Shown here in pieces: positions 13,630-27,536 of a DNA stretch of 64,000 bases. Source of the DNA: Octopus sinensis. Taxonomy: Eukaryota. The translations under genes were made by a program, and so were the position numbers. The stretch is taken from contig NC_042998.1 of NCBI RefSeq assembly GCF_006345805.1, positions 84,568,001 to 84,632,000 of the forward strand. The letters are read 5' to 3'. Numbering within the stretch: position 1 is the stretch's first letter; every line of letters starts with the position of its first letter. A model generated the notes under the pieces. The model had not been told where the DNA came from. It searched no databases and worked only from the letters and a program-made list of their open reading frames with translations.

Positions 13630-14250
13630 TTTTCACTCATTTCAGTCATTTGAATACAGCTATGCTAGGGCACCGCCTTAAAGGGTTTAAGTCAATGAGT
13701 TTTAGTTCACCCAGGACTTTTTTTTAAAGCCTAGTATTTATTTTATTAGCCTCTTTTGCCAAACTGCGAAGTTATGGGTATGTAAACATACCAACACCGG
13801 TTGTCAAGTGGTTGCTGGGGACAAACAAATAGAAAGACACATACAGACATATATACAACAGGCTTCTTTCAGTTTCTTATTTCTTTACTGCCCACAAGGG
13901 GCTACACAGAGGGGACAAGCAAGGACAGACAAACAGATTAAGTCGATTATATCGACCCCAGTGCATAACTGGTCCTTATTTAATTGACCCTGAAAGGATG
14001 AAAGGCAAAGTCGACCTCAGCGGAATTTGAACTCAGAACGTAGTGACAGATGAAATACTGCTAAGCATTTCACCCGGTGTTAACATTTCTGTCAGCTCGC
14101 CACAGTTTCTGTCTACCAAATCCACTCACAAGGCTTTGGTTAGTGTGAGGCAAAGAAGACACTTGCTCAAGGTGTCATGCAATGGAATTGAACCAGGAAT
14201 CATGTGGTTGGGAAGCAAACTCTTACCACATATCCATGTCTGTGCCTGTA
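13630..14250 (-). mobile_element. Family A SINE interrupted by a family B SINE
   Basis: Host sequence ...ctttcagtttct|gtctaccaaatccac... is split by an insert at 13878-14102. Confidence 0.8.
13878..14102 (-). mobile_element. Family B SINE with 8-bp TSD CAGTTTCT
   Basis: CAGTTTCT at 13870-13877 and 14103-14110. The body is the reverse complement of 9454-9670. Confidence 0.8.
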
Positions 14251-14894
14251 TGTATGTGAGTGTGTATACACGCACACACACGCACATGCACACACACACA
14301 CACACGCACACACACATGCACCCAAACCCGCACACACAAATATTCATAGAGATAGAAGAGTAATAATGCAATTCTGTTTCAAGTTAATTATATTTAGCAA
14401 CTCCAAAATCAAAATATTACTGATTATGTTGATGCAACCCTACTGCAAAACATGTGTGGCAGCTCTGGTGATGCTATCGCAATGAGTAAATTATTGTTTT
14501 GAGTAAAACTGAAGAGAAAAGTAGCAGATGGTGTTATTATTGTAGGAGTGTATTAAGCTTTAAGAATGAATGAAAATGATCAGAGTAATTTCAGATACCT
14601 GAGGAACATGCAAGTTAATGTAAGTGAGAAGAAAGTTTTAACCATTTTGTGACTATTATTTCTGCTGAAATAAACTACCTTCATCTCAATTAATTTTGAA
14701 ATTAATGAACAATTCAGTAAAATAACTCATCATTAAGCAGGCGTTTGGTAGATAACATGAAATTTTGATGGAACATTTTAGTTTACATCCCTTTAAAACA
14801 GGAAGCATGTGTCATAAGGGTAGTCTCTGCCTGATTGATGTCAAAAAGTTTAAAAGGATAGTCTTACATATTGCAAAAGCACGATTCAAGTATG

Positions 14895-15378
14895 GCCAAT
14901 GCCAGTGCTGCCTGATGGCACCCTTGCTGGTGGCACGTAAGAAGCATCATTCGAGCGTGGCTGATGCTAGTGCTGCCTGACCGGCTCCCATGTCAGTGAC
15001 ATGTAAAAAGCACTATTTGAGTGAGGTTGATGCAAGTGCCACCTGACTGGCTCCCGTGTCAGTTGCACATAAAAAGCATCATTCAAGCAAAGCTGATGCC
15101 AGTGCCACCTGACTGGCACCCATATCAGTGCCACGTAAAAAGTACCATTTGAGCGAGGCCAATGCCAGTACCACCTGACTGGCTCCTGTGCCAGTGACAT
15201 GTAAAAAAACACCCACCACACTCTCGGAGTGGTTGGCATTAGGAAGGGCATCCAGCTATAAAAACATTGCCAGATCAGATTGGAGCCTGGTGCAGTGTCC
15301 TGACTTACCAGTCCTCAGTCAAACTGTCCAGCCCATGCCAGCATGGAAAGTGGATGTTAAATGATGATGTTGATGATG
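14895..15378 (+). mobile_element. RTE-type 3' tail containing about five copies of a 66-bp minisatellite
   Basis: Units start at about 14901, 14966, 15032, 15098 and 15164, followed by ggttggcattaggaagggcatccagct and a (GAT)n tail. Confidence 0.8.
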
Positions 15379-15839
15379 AAACACTGGTAATGAAGCTACC
15401 TTAAGATGTGTAGATATGAGGTGCTTACTTAGACACATTTTATAGTATTCCTGTCTAACTTATGTTTTTTTTTATGCTATTTATAAACTAAGAATATTTT
15501 CTAAATATATAGATTATGATGTAATATATATATTTATTCAAGATAATTGCATGCTAGATTCAGTTGCAATATATAATAGACCACAACTATGAGAGTATGT
15601 CACCAAAAGGAAGATTTTGAAATCCATATTGATTGTAGAACAACATTATGAGCAATTTGTTGCAGAGAAACTGCTTCAAAATTATATTTTCTCATTTAGG
15701 AATGGGGCAGACATAACTGTATGGGATTGAAGTTCATTTTCCAGCAAAATGATTCTAGCTTCAATCCCACTACATTGCATCTTGGCCAAGTGTCTTCTAC
15801 AATAGCTCTAGGTCAACCAAAGACATGTGAGTGAACCTC

Positions 15840-16070
15840 CATCTTCATTGCCACCATCATCTTCTTAACATCATCAACATCAGCTCTCTATGTACACAGC
15901 TCAAGTAAGACTGCACAGGCTCCAACATAGCACTGTTTGTGAATTACTTCACCATGGTTAACAGTGGAATATACAACTTGCAAGAACTCCTGTACAAGTG
16001 ACCCAGGTAGCAGCATTACAACTATAACTTCATACAACACGTACCACAACCGAGTCTGCATCATAGTCAA
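15840..16070 (+). mobile_element. Degenerate fragment related to the LTR-like element at 21146-22071
   Basis: cactgtttgtgaattacttcaccatggttaacagt and neighbouring motifs match the reverse complement of about 21575-21710. Confidence 0.6.
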
Positions 16071-16334
16071 TTGCACACAGTGATTGAAATACTGTATCAA
16101 GAAGTTGTGGCTATGAACTGATATTTCTCATTCATATGTCTATGAACATTCATCTAACTTCTCATTATAGAATCACTTTCTCCATCATTGATATATCCAT
16201 GCCTATACACACATACACATTGTTTTCATAACGGCCTGTCTATTATTCTGTTTACATTATGCACACACAGACACACATGTTAATATATCAATAAATAATC
16301 TCCCAAACATTCTAAAGAAAAAAAAAGAAAAGAA

Positions 16335-16745
16335 ACTCTTACTTGTTTCAATCATTTGACTGTGGCCATGCAGGAGCACCGCCCTTAGACAAGCAAATCG
16401 ACCCCAGGATTTATTCTTGGTAAGCCTAGTACTTATTCTATTGGTCTTTTGCCGAACTGCTAAGTTACGGGGACGTAAACACACCAGCACCGGTTATCAA
16501 GCCATGTTGGGGGGACAAACAGACACACACACACACACACATATATATATACATATATACACACACACACACATATCTATGACAGGCTTCTTTCAGTTTC
16601 CATCTACCAAATCCACTCACAAGGCTTTGGTTGGCCCGAGGCTATAGTAGAAGACACTTGCCCAAGCTGCCACACAGTGAGACTGAACCCAGAACCATGT
16701 GGTTCATAAGCAAGCTACTTACCACACAGCCACTCCTATGCCTAT
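16335..16745 (-). mobile_element. Family A SINE, full length
   Basis: High similarity to 10805-11260. Confidence 0.85.
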
Positions 16746-17081
16746 AAAATCACGAAAAGTCACTTACCCACGCAGTGAGACTGAACCTGGGACCATGCAA
16801 TTGGAAAGCAAACTTCTTGCCACACAGCCACGCCTGCAGTAGCTCTTGTGAGTAGATTCAGCAGAGACAAACTGAAAGAAGCTCGTTGCATCTATGCTTG
16901 TGTGCGTGCACATGCTTCTTTGTCTTGACATAACATGATAGTTATGTGTGTCACTGTCATGCAAAAAGTGCCATACACTTCCACTACCCCACAGAAACAT
17001 GAGAGTTGGTGTCAGGAAGAGCGCCCAACCAAAGAAAATCTGCCTCAATTAACTCCGTCTGACCTGGGAAAGTAAATGCGG

Positions 17082-17113
<32 letters not shown>

Positions 17114-17137
17114 CATCATCATCATTGTTTAACGTCT

Positions 17138-17180
<43 letters not shown>

Positions 17181-17312
17181 ATCAGCATCAAGCAGTGATT
17201 GGGAATAAATGAATTTTAGGTTTATTAGAATATGTTTTACTCAACAGAAACTGCAATGGATTTGGCTTTTAGAAGTTGAAACATGTCAACCCTATTTTAA
17301 CTAACTTAAAGT

Positions 17313-17387
<75 letters not shown>
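17313..17387. repeat. (TC)n(CA)n microsatellite
   Basis: Directly visible. Confidence 0.95.
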
Positions 17388-17388
<1 letters not shown>

Positions 17389-19057
17389 TAAACAAGCTCC
17401 AGAGAGTTTCTGACTGCCAGACTCTGTCACAAGGTATTAGTCAGCCCAAGGCTATAGCAGAAGACACTTGCACAAGGAACTTTGTTGCTAAAACCAATTA
17501 TTATGAGCAACATTTTTAAGCAATTTTAACTGATTATTTTGTTCATGTCACACTGTGGAACTGAACTTGAAATTACATTTATGATGCTAACTTCTAAGTC
17601 TCACAACTATTCATCAAAGAAGAATAAAAACTATCTACAAAACTATATTCTAACAAGCAGCTTTAAAATAAAACATCTGCAAAAGATTCATGTCAAAACT
17701 AACCACTTCATTTTTTTCAATTTAGCAAAAGAAAACCTAAAAAAGAGCAGTTTTCATTTTTATTATAAACTTTTTTTTTATTTTTCATTCCTTAAGTACT
17801 GTTATCACCATAATCACAAACTGCAGTACATATTGTCAGATGAATAAAGTTTTCATATCTGGAAACCAGTATTGATTGTAAAACTAATGTTTAAAATAGT
17901 TATTCATGAAGGAACAACAGCAGCAATAACAACATAACATCTGTTGTGTTGGTACAACGTCGATAAAATCTAGGACATAAAATCCATGACCAGAACTTCT
18001 ACCTGGTCATTCAGCCTGCTAGAAATAGCAGCCAAATCTAAAAGTCTTATAAAAAGTTAAGAACACTTTGGGATAATGTGGTCAAAAATATACTGAATCT
18101 GAAAGTAAAAAAAAATAGAAAGAAAAATACAATGATCACATCTGGACTATATTTTGATTATTGATGGATTTGATCAGTGCTGAGCTACGGTTAAACTATA
18201 ACAGCTGATTTCTGGGCCTGGAGAACTTGGAGAAAATCAATGTTTTTATGATAATGAGCTGCTGGTATACAATGCTCAGGTGCAATACAACTCATTGGAA
18301 AAGGATACAAATGATGACAGAAAGCAGTAATAAGTAAAGAAAGACAGCAATGACAACCAAAAGTGCATACATAGTAAGCAAAATAAAACAGAATCTCTGG
18401 ACTTCATAAGTAGAATGGAGGGCCTCCCAATGGAAGATATTTATCTCTTAGTTCTTGGGTCAATAACTTTCCTATCAGTCACATTTTTAACAGCCTGGTT
18501 TCAGAAATATAAGCAAGCTTAATTATTCAGAAGACAAATGAACTAATTATCTGAATTAATTTCTCACTTTCCCAATATTTCACTTTTACTCTGAAGAACC
18601 TAAACCATGCAAATCTACATTATAAAAATTGTGTGTGTGTGTGTGTGAGTGTGTATATATACTCATCTGTGAATTAATGAAGTTAATTAGTTAACTTTTT
18701 TATATTTAATTTAGCATGTCCCTTAATTACTTACCTTAGAGTTTTTTTTCTTTCCCAAGGTTTTCATGTTTTTTCATAGCATATGCAAAACCTATTCTCT
18801 TCCTGCTGTGCACCCACACAATTCCACTACCATTGCCATTTTTCAAATATCTGCCATGATGTACCTGTTTGGAAACTAGTGCTGTTGCATCAACATCATT
18901 CTGAAAATTGCATGCACAGGATTCCCATCCTCACCCCCATACAAGCATACATATGGTACCAGCTACTCCCTTGTATACATTCACATTTTATAACACCACC
19001 AACATTCCTATGTTTATCAAACTTGAACCACACGCACACACACATTCTATATATATA

Positions 19058-19440
19058 ATCATCATCGTTTTACATCTGCTTTCCATGCTGGCATGGGTTT
19101 GACAGTTTTACTGAGGACTGGTGAGCCAGAGGCTGTACCAGGCTCAATCTGATCTGGCAGAGTTTCTACAGCTGGATGCCCTTCCTAACACCAACCACTC
19201 TAAGAGTGTAGTGGATGTGTTTACATGCCACCAGCACAAGGGCCAGTCAGGAGGTTCAGGCAACAACCACACTCAAAAGGCGTTTTTATATGCTACCTGC
19301 ATGGGAGCCAGTCTGGCAGCACTGTCAATGACCACGCTTGACTGTTGTTTTTCACATGCCACCAGCACATGCCGGTAAAGCAATGCTGGCAACGATCACG
19401 CTCAATAGGTGCTTTTCACATGTCACCAGCATGGGAGCCA
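19058..19440 (-). mobile_element. RTE-type 3' tail with minisatellite units
   Basis: Reverse complement of 14895-15378, with a (CAT)n end at about 19058. Confidence 0.75.
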
Positions 19441-21145
19441 ATCTATGGCCCTATGCTAATACATATTTGCCTAATGAAGTTTAGAGCCTAAATATGTTGA
19501 GCTTCATTTTTAATGCCTGCTGTAATTAGTCTGATAGATAATTCTGCCTCTCTTAATAGGTTGACTTATTTCATCATAATGAAAATGCAAAAAGAAAAAG
19601 AAAAAAAAAGGACATTATCATCATTTAACATCCATTTTCCATGCTGGTATGGGTTGGATAGTTTGACAAGAACTAGCAAAGCCAGGAGTTTGTTCCAGTT
19701 GTCTGTTTTGACCTGGTTTCTACAGCAGGATGCCCTTTCTAATGCTGACCACTTTAAAGTGTGCTGTGTGCTTTTTACATAGCACCAGCGCCATCAGGGT
19801 TACCAAGTACTTTGTAAAACAAGAGAGCCTCAACAGAGAGTGGGGCATAGTATTGAGTAGGGTGTGGCTTTGTGCTAAATGAGAGATTAAGGGTATAAAG
19901 GGACAGAGATAAGTAACTTGCTGTACAGTAGATACATGATACCCCAGTTGAAAACGAAAGGAGAGTGAGTTAGATAGTAAGATAAAGAGAGTGATAGCGA
20001 GATAATAAAGATGTGTTGGGTCATGCTTTTCAGGGACATTGTGGGTGATGAGAATAAGTGAGGTGATGCAGAGGTTTGAGCTGGGTGAGTGGACAGGTAT
20101 TGAGGTGGTTGAACCTCTCCTGTATTTCTCTGTCATTTGCTACAGAGGCAGTAGATATATGAGGGCATGTTTTGCTTCTCTAAGTGACGGAATTGTCTGA
20201 TGGAAAACTTTTGTTGAAAGATGAAAGTAAATTTTGGCGTACAATTATCTGAGAGGCCCTTCTGCATTTCACAGTGTCAAAGGTTTGCTGGTGTCAAGAG
20301 CAACATTGCTTTTTATAAGGCCAAGGAAGCATAGATTGTTTCAATCATTGCCACTTAAAAAAAAAAGGCAATAAAGACTGCCACCATCTATCTTTGCATT
20401 TCATTTAATCCATGTTTCTATGCTAGTATGATTTTGATGAGAAAATTTGAGATGTGATTTTTATGGCCAGATGCACTTCCTGTTATCAACTTGTACTTGT
20501 CTTTCAAGTAAGGAATTTCTTTTATCTCAGAGGAAACGAAGAGCAAGAAATTCACAGATAAATTTGTTGATAAGAAATCATCAACAAACTGTATTGGTTG
20601 CAGCTCAAACACAAATAATGATGTCACCATTTATAGCTGATTCATAAACAGTGACGTCAGTGCCACTACTTGTAGCTTAATAGTTTTGTAAACATTCACA
20701 CACACACACACGATTTGCTCAGTTTGTGTCTAGAAAATTCCTTCACAAGATCTTGGGCTATATTGAAAGATAATTACCCAAAGTACCAGGTTGTGGGACT
20801 GAACCCTAAGCCTCATTCTTGAAAAGTGAACTTCTTCACCACACAGCCATATTTTGCATCTTGGCATTAATAATTATTTGTAGAAATTCACTACAAAGAA
20901 AAGGAATAAAAGTGAATTGAATTGGGGGACACCCCATCTGGTTATGAGAAATGACTGCACAAACTTTATTTCAGATGTAGAAAACAAATATAGATCTACC
21001 CATTCACCACTGGGCACAGACCACTTCCTGTCAAGTTTAAAACTTAAGGACTGCCATGATTAACATTGGAACAATGAAAGTCAGGGGAAAAAAATGTGTG
21101 TTGTATTCAAGGGACAAAATTGGAGGACAGTTTCAGCCTAGAGAG

Positions 21146-22071
21146 TGTAGTAAAACGACCGTACGTAAAGGAGTTGGTGACAGAAATGTCTTTTAAACGC
21201 CATATGGTTGCCCTACAGAAGAATATTGCCGAATACATGGTATAAAGAATATGAGAGCCAGTAAAGAGTAAGGAAGAAAAACACAACCATTCTACTGTTT
21301 GAGAGAAGAAAGAACTTTATTTTACAGATGTGTATATAGTGATAAAAGCGTGTGTGAGTGCTAGCAGAGTGTAGTGTCTGAGTGCATGCAACAAGTGGTT
21401 GTGTCTGTGTGTTCGTGTGTGCGACTGAAGTACAAATAGGGTGCTTGCATGTGAGATAGAATACAATACAGAGCATAGAATGAGTCTCTCAGGATATTTC
21501 AGACAAGATGGAGTTAATTTACCAGTTCGTAGTAAGGTCACACAATAGTTGTAGTCCTGTACAAGAAGTTGAGGTCATGAGGCAGAACCGGTTACGATAC
21601 GTGTTGCGTAGAGGTTGTGGCTATTATGCTGTGCTGGGTTACTTGATATAGAATTCTTGCAGGTAGTTCTGGACTGTTAACCTTGGTGAAGTAGTCACAA
21701 ACAGTGAGAAGTTATCCTGGGCGAATGTTGTGTACGCATCGTTGAAGTCGACGATGGCGATGGTGGAGAACGGTCCTGAGTTGCTGCATGTTGTCTGTCA
21801 CTGGAACTGGACTGGCTGAGTCGCTCTGTGATCAGAGGTTAGTCCTGAGAAGGACTCAAACCAAAGATAGATACCGTGAATGCTAGGGCCTTTTATAACA
21901 TGCTAGAGGCTCCAGGAGAAAATCCAAAAGACTGTGTCACGTGATCTGATTGGTTGGTTCACACATTGGCGTGAAATAAGTCAAGAGACAAACTATGCCA
22001 ATGCCAATCAATCAGAGCAGTGCACAACAGGGTCCAAATAGGAGCCAAAAGTTAACTTATCTGCTATGACA
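21146..22071 (-). mobile_element. Solo-LTR-like element (about 926 bp)
   Basis: The minus strand starts TGTCATAG and ends ACTACA (TG...CA). In LTR order it has CCAAT boxes, CACGTG (21938-21943), TATAAAA (21897-21891) and AATAAA (21321-21316). CpG is retained relative to the flanks. No TSD found. Confidence 0.55.
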
Positions 22072-22559
22072 TTATTTCTAATATATCTCTCAAACAATGA
22101 GGATATCACTGAGCTATGCTACAAGAGCAAAGATGGAAAGTTTTCAGATAGGAGGAGTGACATTGGCATATTGTTAGCAGAGAAATGGATAAAGTAGTTG
22201 AGGCAACATGCAACACACACACACACACACACACACAAATTGGATCCTTTCCATTTCCATCCACCAAATCCACACACAAGGTTTTGGTCAACTTGGGTCT
22301 GAAGACACTACCTCAAGAAGCCACACAGTAGGACCAAACCAAGAAGTATGTAGTTGGGAAGTAAACTTCTTACCATGTAGTCATGTCTGTGCCTATCTGA
22401 AGACATTGGTCATGTGCAAATGCATACATGTGTATATACAATGCAAATATATGCATGCATGTATGCTCACATATGCATGTTCATACATACATAAGTAATA
22501 GATTAAGCTTAGATTAGTCACAGGTAAACCAACAATAACAGTTACCTCCTCAGATGCAC

Positions 22560-22960
22560 CACAAAAAGGGCTGGCAAATGAAGAGAACTGCTTTTTTTCT
22601 GCAACAACCTCATTATCAATGCTGGTGATTTAAATGAACACAAAGACCACTATGTCGGCTTCACTGGCATACATGAAGGCTATGGTTATGTGGTACAGAG
22701 AACAAGTCAAGGTTCCTGTTATGTAACTGAATTCATCATTTGCAACATGAACTTCAGGAAGCCAGCCAGCCAGCCAACTAATCAAGCAAACATGGGAGCT
22801 AGCTAAACTTTGTATTCACCAGGAAATAAGATAGACAGACAGTTGGAAAAGTTAAGTCTTCCTCTGGTGAAGAATGTACCATTCAACATATGCTAATGAT
22901 TAGTGACTTTAAAGTAAAAGCTATACAGACCTAAAGACAATCTGGAGAAGGAGGATAAAG
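22560..22960 (+). mobile_element. Degenerate RTE LINE endonuclease (APE) fragment
   Basis: Translates in pieces as AGDLNEH...GFTGIHEGYGY and ICNMNFRKPAS, resembling the RTE motifs GDFNGH/GVHGGYG/ICNTNFRK. Confidence 0.6.
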
Positions 22961-23204
22961 TTAGAAGAGTCATTGAAAAGACATGACAATCTCTCTCGTA
23001 CAAGTACCAGGATGAAATGCACTCAGTACACTCTGTAAAGTTGTTGGTGTTAAAGGCATCTAGCCATAGAAGTCATATCAAAAATAGAATGTATAAATGA
23101 TACATCCAGGAAGGAAGTCACTTTGAATAAGAAATGACCCAGACCATCATGACCTGTCTGACTCAGCCAATATATAAAGTAAGTGTAAAATGATTACATA
23201 TTTT

Positions 23205-23560
23205 TTATCTTTTACTAGTTTCAGTCATTAGACTGTGGCCATGCTGAGGCACTGCCATGAATTTTTAGTTGAATGAATCAATCATAGTACTTATTTGTTT
23301 TAAAGCCTGGTACTTATTCTCTATATTATACTAAACCACTAAGTTATGGGGACATAAACACACCAACACTGGTTGTCAAGCAGTGGGAGGGGGAAAAACG
23401 CAGCCACAAAAACCTACAATAGGGCTTCTTTCAGTTTCTGTCTACCAAAGTGACTCACAAGCCTAAAAGACACCTGCCCAAGGTGCCATACAATGGGACT
23501 GGACCCGGAACCATGTGGTTGGGAAGCAAGCTTCTTACCACACAACCAGCCTGTGCCTTA
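23205..23560 (-). mobile_element. Family A SINE
   Basis: Similar to 10805-11260. Confidence 0.75.
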
Positions 23561-24824
23561 TATACAAGAATAGCAAAGGATACCATCTTCTTACATCCAC
23601 ATTTACAATATACTAAAACTGTCTTGTGCAGCAAAGTGCACAAATCCATACTGGAACTGCAAATACCGATATGTACAGAACTGACATTCCTAGACTAAGT
23701 TATGTCTGTCATATTAACTCTACATCAGAGTTCCTTTTCTCTTTTTAATAATCACACTTCAGTTTTGATTTATTTATTTCTCCCTGTCAGTGAATGCCTG
23801 ATAGGAGGCACAAGCACTGATGATGATGTTTGTTTAATGTCCATATATTTTTTTCATGCCAATATGTCTCAGACAGAAATTGATTTTGAGGCAAGAGTTT
23901 ATGCCCAGATGCTCATTCAGTCTCCAACCCATGAAAGCAAAGAACATATTTTCAACATGGAATGTGAACATCACCATTTCACTCAAGAGTCGACAAGCAA
24001 AATGTTAACATTCACACATACACACACACACACAGGGCATACTACACCATAATAATTTTAATGTCCACTTTCCCATGTATGGATTGGACAGAGTTTGAGT
24101 TTATTGAGGCAAAGTTATGGCCAGATGCCCTGTCTGTTGCCAGCCCTCATCTGTTTCCAAGCAAGGTAATATTTTCCCATGGCCAGAAATATTTTCACAG
24201 AATATTGGAAATGAATGGTACTGCATGTATAATAGTAACACTCACTTGCAGCTATCATACAATGTCTAAACAAGGAGACAAACACACACACACACACATG
24301 ATGGGCTTCTTTTCTGTCCGTTACATCTATTCACAAGGATTTGGTTGGACCAGGGCTATACAGAAGACATTTGCTCAAGGTGTCACACAATGGAACTGAA
24401 CCTGAAACTGTGTGGCTGGAAAGCAAATTTCTTAACCACACAGCCATGCCTGTGCTAGTGTTTGTGTGACACACAAACACACACAATGTGTTTGATAGAA
24501 GAGGGAAGGAGAAAGAAAAGAGTGAAAAAAAAAAAGGAGGATAACAGAAAAGAGAAAGATAAGCAAAATGGAAGAGAAACTAAAAGTGAAAAGATAAAAG
24601 ACAAAGAAAATGGCGATTGGACTGTCAGCTAGAACCCTAATAAACCGGCTACATATAGTTCTGGAGATGGTATATAGGTAAATTTCTTAATTTTTCTAAC
24701 AGAATATTTAGCACTCTTAATCTAATTACCAGTTGGCTGGAAGCCTGACAAATGAGCCAGATGTTCTCTAAAATAGAAATTACATTTAGGCTAAAAATCT
24801 AAAGTTAAAGATGCAAAATATTAC

Positions 24825-25248
24825 CTTCACATCATATCACTGGTTTTGTAATTGTTTCTCTTTTAGAGCACAAAACAACATTGCCATTTCCAGGTGTTGT
24901 ATAATCCTGCACACACACTCCTACATATAGCAAACAGAATGTATAAATAAAACCAAATTAACATCTCTTATTCCTCAAGTACATATTGCACTGTTGTGCA
25001 AAAGTTTTGAGAGAGATATAAAAGCGACAAGTGTCTGCAATGAGATGGTTCTAATAGAACATTGATTTCAATGTAGAACCATATTCTGAATGGAATGCAA
25101 ATTGTTCTGCCATATTTGCTGGAGGCAATAGTCTGCATGGAGAAGTTTCTCTGTAGAAGTTTCAAATCTTTCAAGTCAATTCCAGTTGAAACCATTATGC
25201 CACTTCAAATCAAATTGCAACACTAAACTTCTTTTGGAGGAGTGGCAA
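24825..25248 (-). other. Candidate leader exon (possibly two exons, with an internal acceptor near 24921)
   Basis: Acceptor ttgttattgtag and donor AAG|GTAATA, in unique sequence. Contains the 75-aa ORF 25195-24968 but no frame is open throughout. Confidence 0.35.
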
Positions 25249-25699
25249 CTACAATAACAACATTGCAATGAGATCAAATAAACAAGATAAGATGATTCTT
25301 AACAGCAATTAGCCCAAACTTATAAAATGGTGCCAGAATGAAGCAGAAAATAGGATTCCAATTTTAGATTAAGCAGTTGTTTATAGTGACTTTATTTGGC
25401 TTTATTTTTGATGTATGTATGTATTTATTTACTGTTTGCATAAGTTGAAGAGATGCACATATCTAATTTTATAACCAAATCAGTGTTTCATAGCATGCAT
25501 CTCTTGCCAATGCCAAATAATTAAGTAGTCATCATTACCATTTTGGGCAGTTTTTGAAGCAGCGTTTCATGGCTAAATTTCCTTCCTAATGGCAATTCTG
25601 GTCATTTAAGAAAAATGACAAAGACATAAGTAATACAGACATAAGGATATTGGAGATGTCTGTTAGTATCATGAAACCATGAATCTGCAAAGTCTTGTT

Positions 25700-26210
25700 T
25701 TGATTGTAGAAACTTACATGTAAGTGACAGGCCCTCTTATAATCACTGCATTTGAAGGCACTATTTTGCCAGTCTTGTCCTGGTGAAGTTTATTCATTAA
25801 TTTTGTCTTTTTTTTCATCAGCCTCTTCTCTTGTCCTTTTATACCCTTGCCTAGTTCCAGCTTCCAGTAGGAATGATCCCTACTGTATCCTCACACCTTT
25901 CAACATTCATGTAAAGGACTTCATGTCATCTTTGAAATTGTCTTCACTTGCTAGAGGCTAGTTCACCATACGGCAGGTCTTTTTATATTCTTTTATGACA
26001 TGCAGTGTAAGTGACCCAGCCAGTGGAAGACTGATTGTTTAAAGTAAGATGAGAAGGTTGTGTATTTGGACACAAACCAGGGCCTCAATGTTGGCAACTC
26101 AGTTCATTTGATATCCAGGATTTGTCTCAAGCTGTGCAGGTGGAAAATATTGATATACAGCGCTTATTTGCAGTAGCTGCTTCATGTGACATCACCATAA
26201 AGGACAGTTA
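25700..26210 (-). mobile_element. Degenerate RTE (BovB-like) LINE C-terminal fragment
   Basis: Minus-strand pieces LRQILDIK, HWLGHLHCM, KDLPYGELAS and FKDDMKSF resemble the RTE motifs LRRILGI/RWLGHV/KDLLYGEL. Confidence 0.65.
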
Positions 26211-26692
26211 TAGAGAGCCTTATCTAAAGCCCAAGAGACAGTAAATAATCATGTAGTGGGAGGACGAATAAAAAAACATATATAATGTTATTAACAAAGG
26301 AATCTAAGTCTGAAATTAACAAAAGGAAAAAAGAAAGAAAAAACCCCACTTTTTTCCAGCAATTTCTTATTTGAATAACCCAAGTAGCAAACACACAAAG
26401 ACATTTATATGCACAAGAAAACAAACATTCACACAAAACTATAAGATTGAAATGCTGCCTACATAGTTTAGTGACAGGTTCCACTCCTTCCTCGTTGTTT
26501 AGTCATTAGTAACAGTAAAACATTTAATGTAAATTTAATTGCTTCAACAAAACCTATTCCATACTAAAATATTGAAAATAATGAATAGAAAACATATTTC
26601 ATCTGAGATAAAATTATTCTCTTGATTTTCATAGACAGCAATTTGAAACAGAATAGAGCAATAAACCCACCGATGGTAATCAAACCACATAC

Positions 26693-26892
26693 CTATTGCT
26701 TGTTGGCTAACCACATTACTTATTACATTACAGATCACTTGCCATTCCTTATTTCAAGTTTAGATATTGTAAGTCTTTATTTTTGCTACTTTATTTCCAC
26801 AAGATAATTTATCAGCCACTTAGTGCTAACAGAATAGGATATTCTACTAATGTCCAACATAACAAACAAGGTGCTTCACCGCAGTTTGATAT
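26693..26892 (-). other. Candidate 200-nt non-coding exon
   Basis: Acceptor ttatttccctgttgtag and donor TAG|GTATGT. Stops in all three frames. Confidence 0.4.
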
Positions 26893-27536
26893 CTACAACA
26901 GGGAAATAACCCCATGAATCAAATTATGAATTGACAGATTATTAATTCAATTAATTCATAATCCATTTATCTTTCCTGAACTTACATAACTGGTCAGACA
27001 TTACAAAGTAATATGGAACAGACAGGTGTTTATAAAATACTGTAAACACAGTTACAGAATAAACAAACACATTACCAAACATTATACACTTCATGGCTAA
27101 TGTAGAAAGTAAACTCTTCTACAAGTTTAATGCAAATCTCATTTCTCAGGAAAAAAAAAGCAACCACAATTTTAGAATTCTTGTGAATTTATCCGTTTAT
27201 AAATTTCAATACATTTAGCTAGCTTTTTCTTCTCATTTTGTTTTTTCCTTTCTTTCCATAGCAGAGACAATATAGATTGGCTAGATGCTGCATAACCAAA
27301 AAAATCCAAAAGGGTTACATATCACTTTGGAAAAAATGCTTTGCAAGGTCAGCCTAGGGCCATAGCATTCATGGTGCCATGCTGTAAAACTAAACTCAAA
27401 ACCATGTGGTTGCAATGCAAATTTCTTAACCACAAGGCCCTGCCTGCCTGCACACTACATAACACTAGTAAAGGCACAGTATTTCATTTTGCAACAATAT
27501 ACTACCAAGTATAATAAAGGTTTACAAGTCAATATT

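Noticed and set aside
14895-15215. CRISPR-like array
   Set aside because: The units are contiguous 66-bp degenerate repeats with no unique spacers or cas genes, inside a eukaryotic retroelement tail.
24968-25195. 75-aa ORF as a standalone gene
   Set aside because: No recognisable domain; retained only as a possible uORF within a candidate exon.
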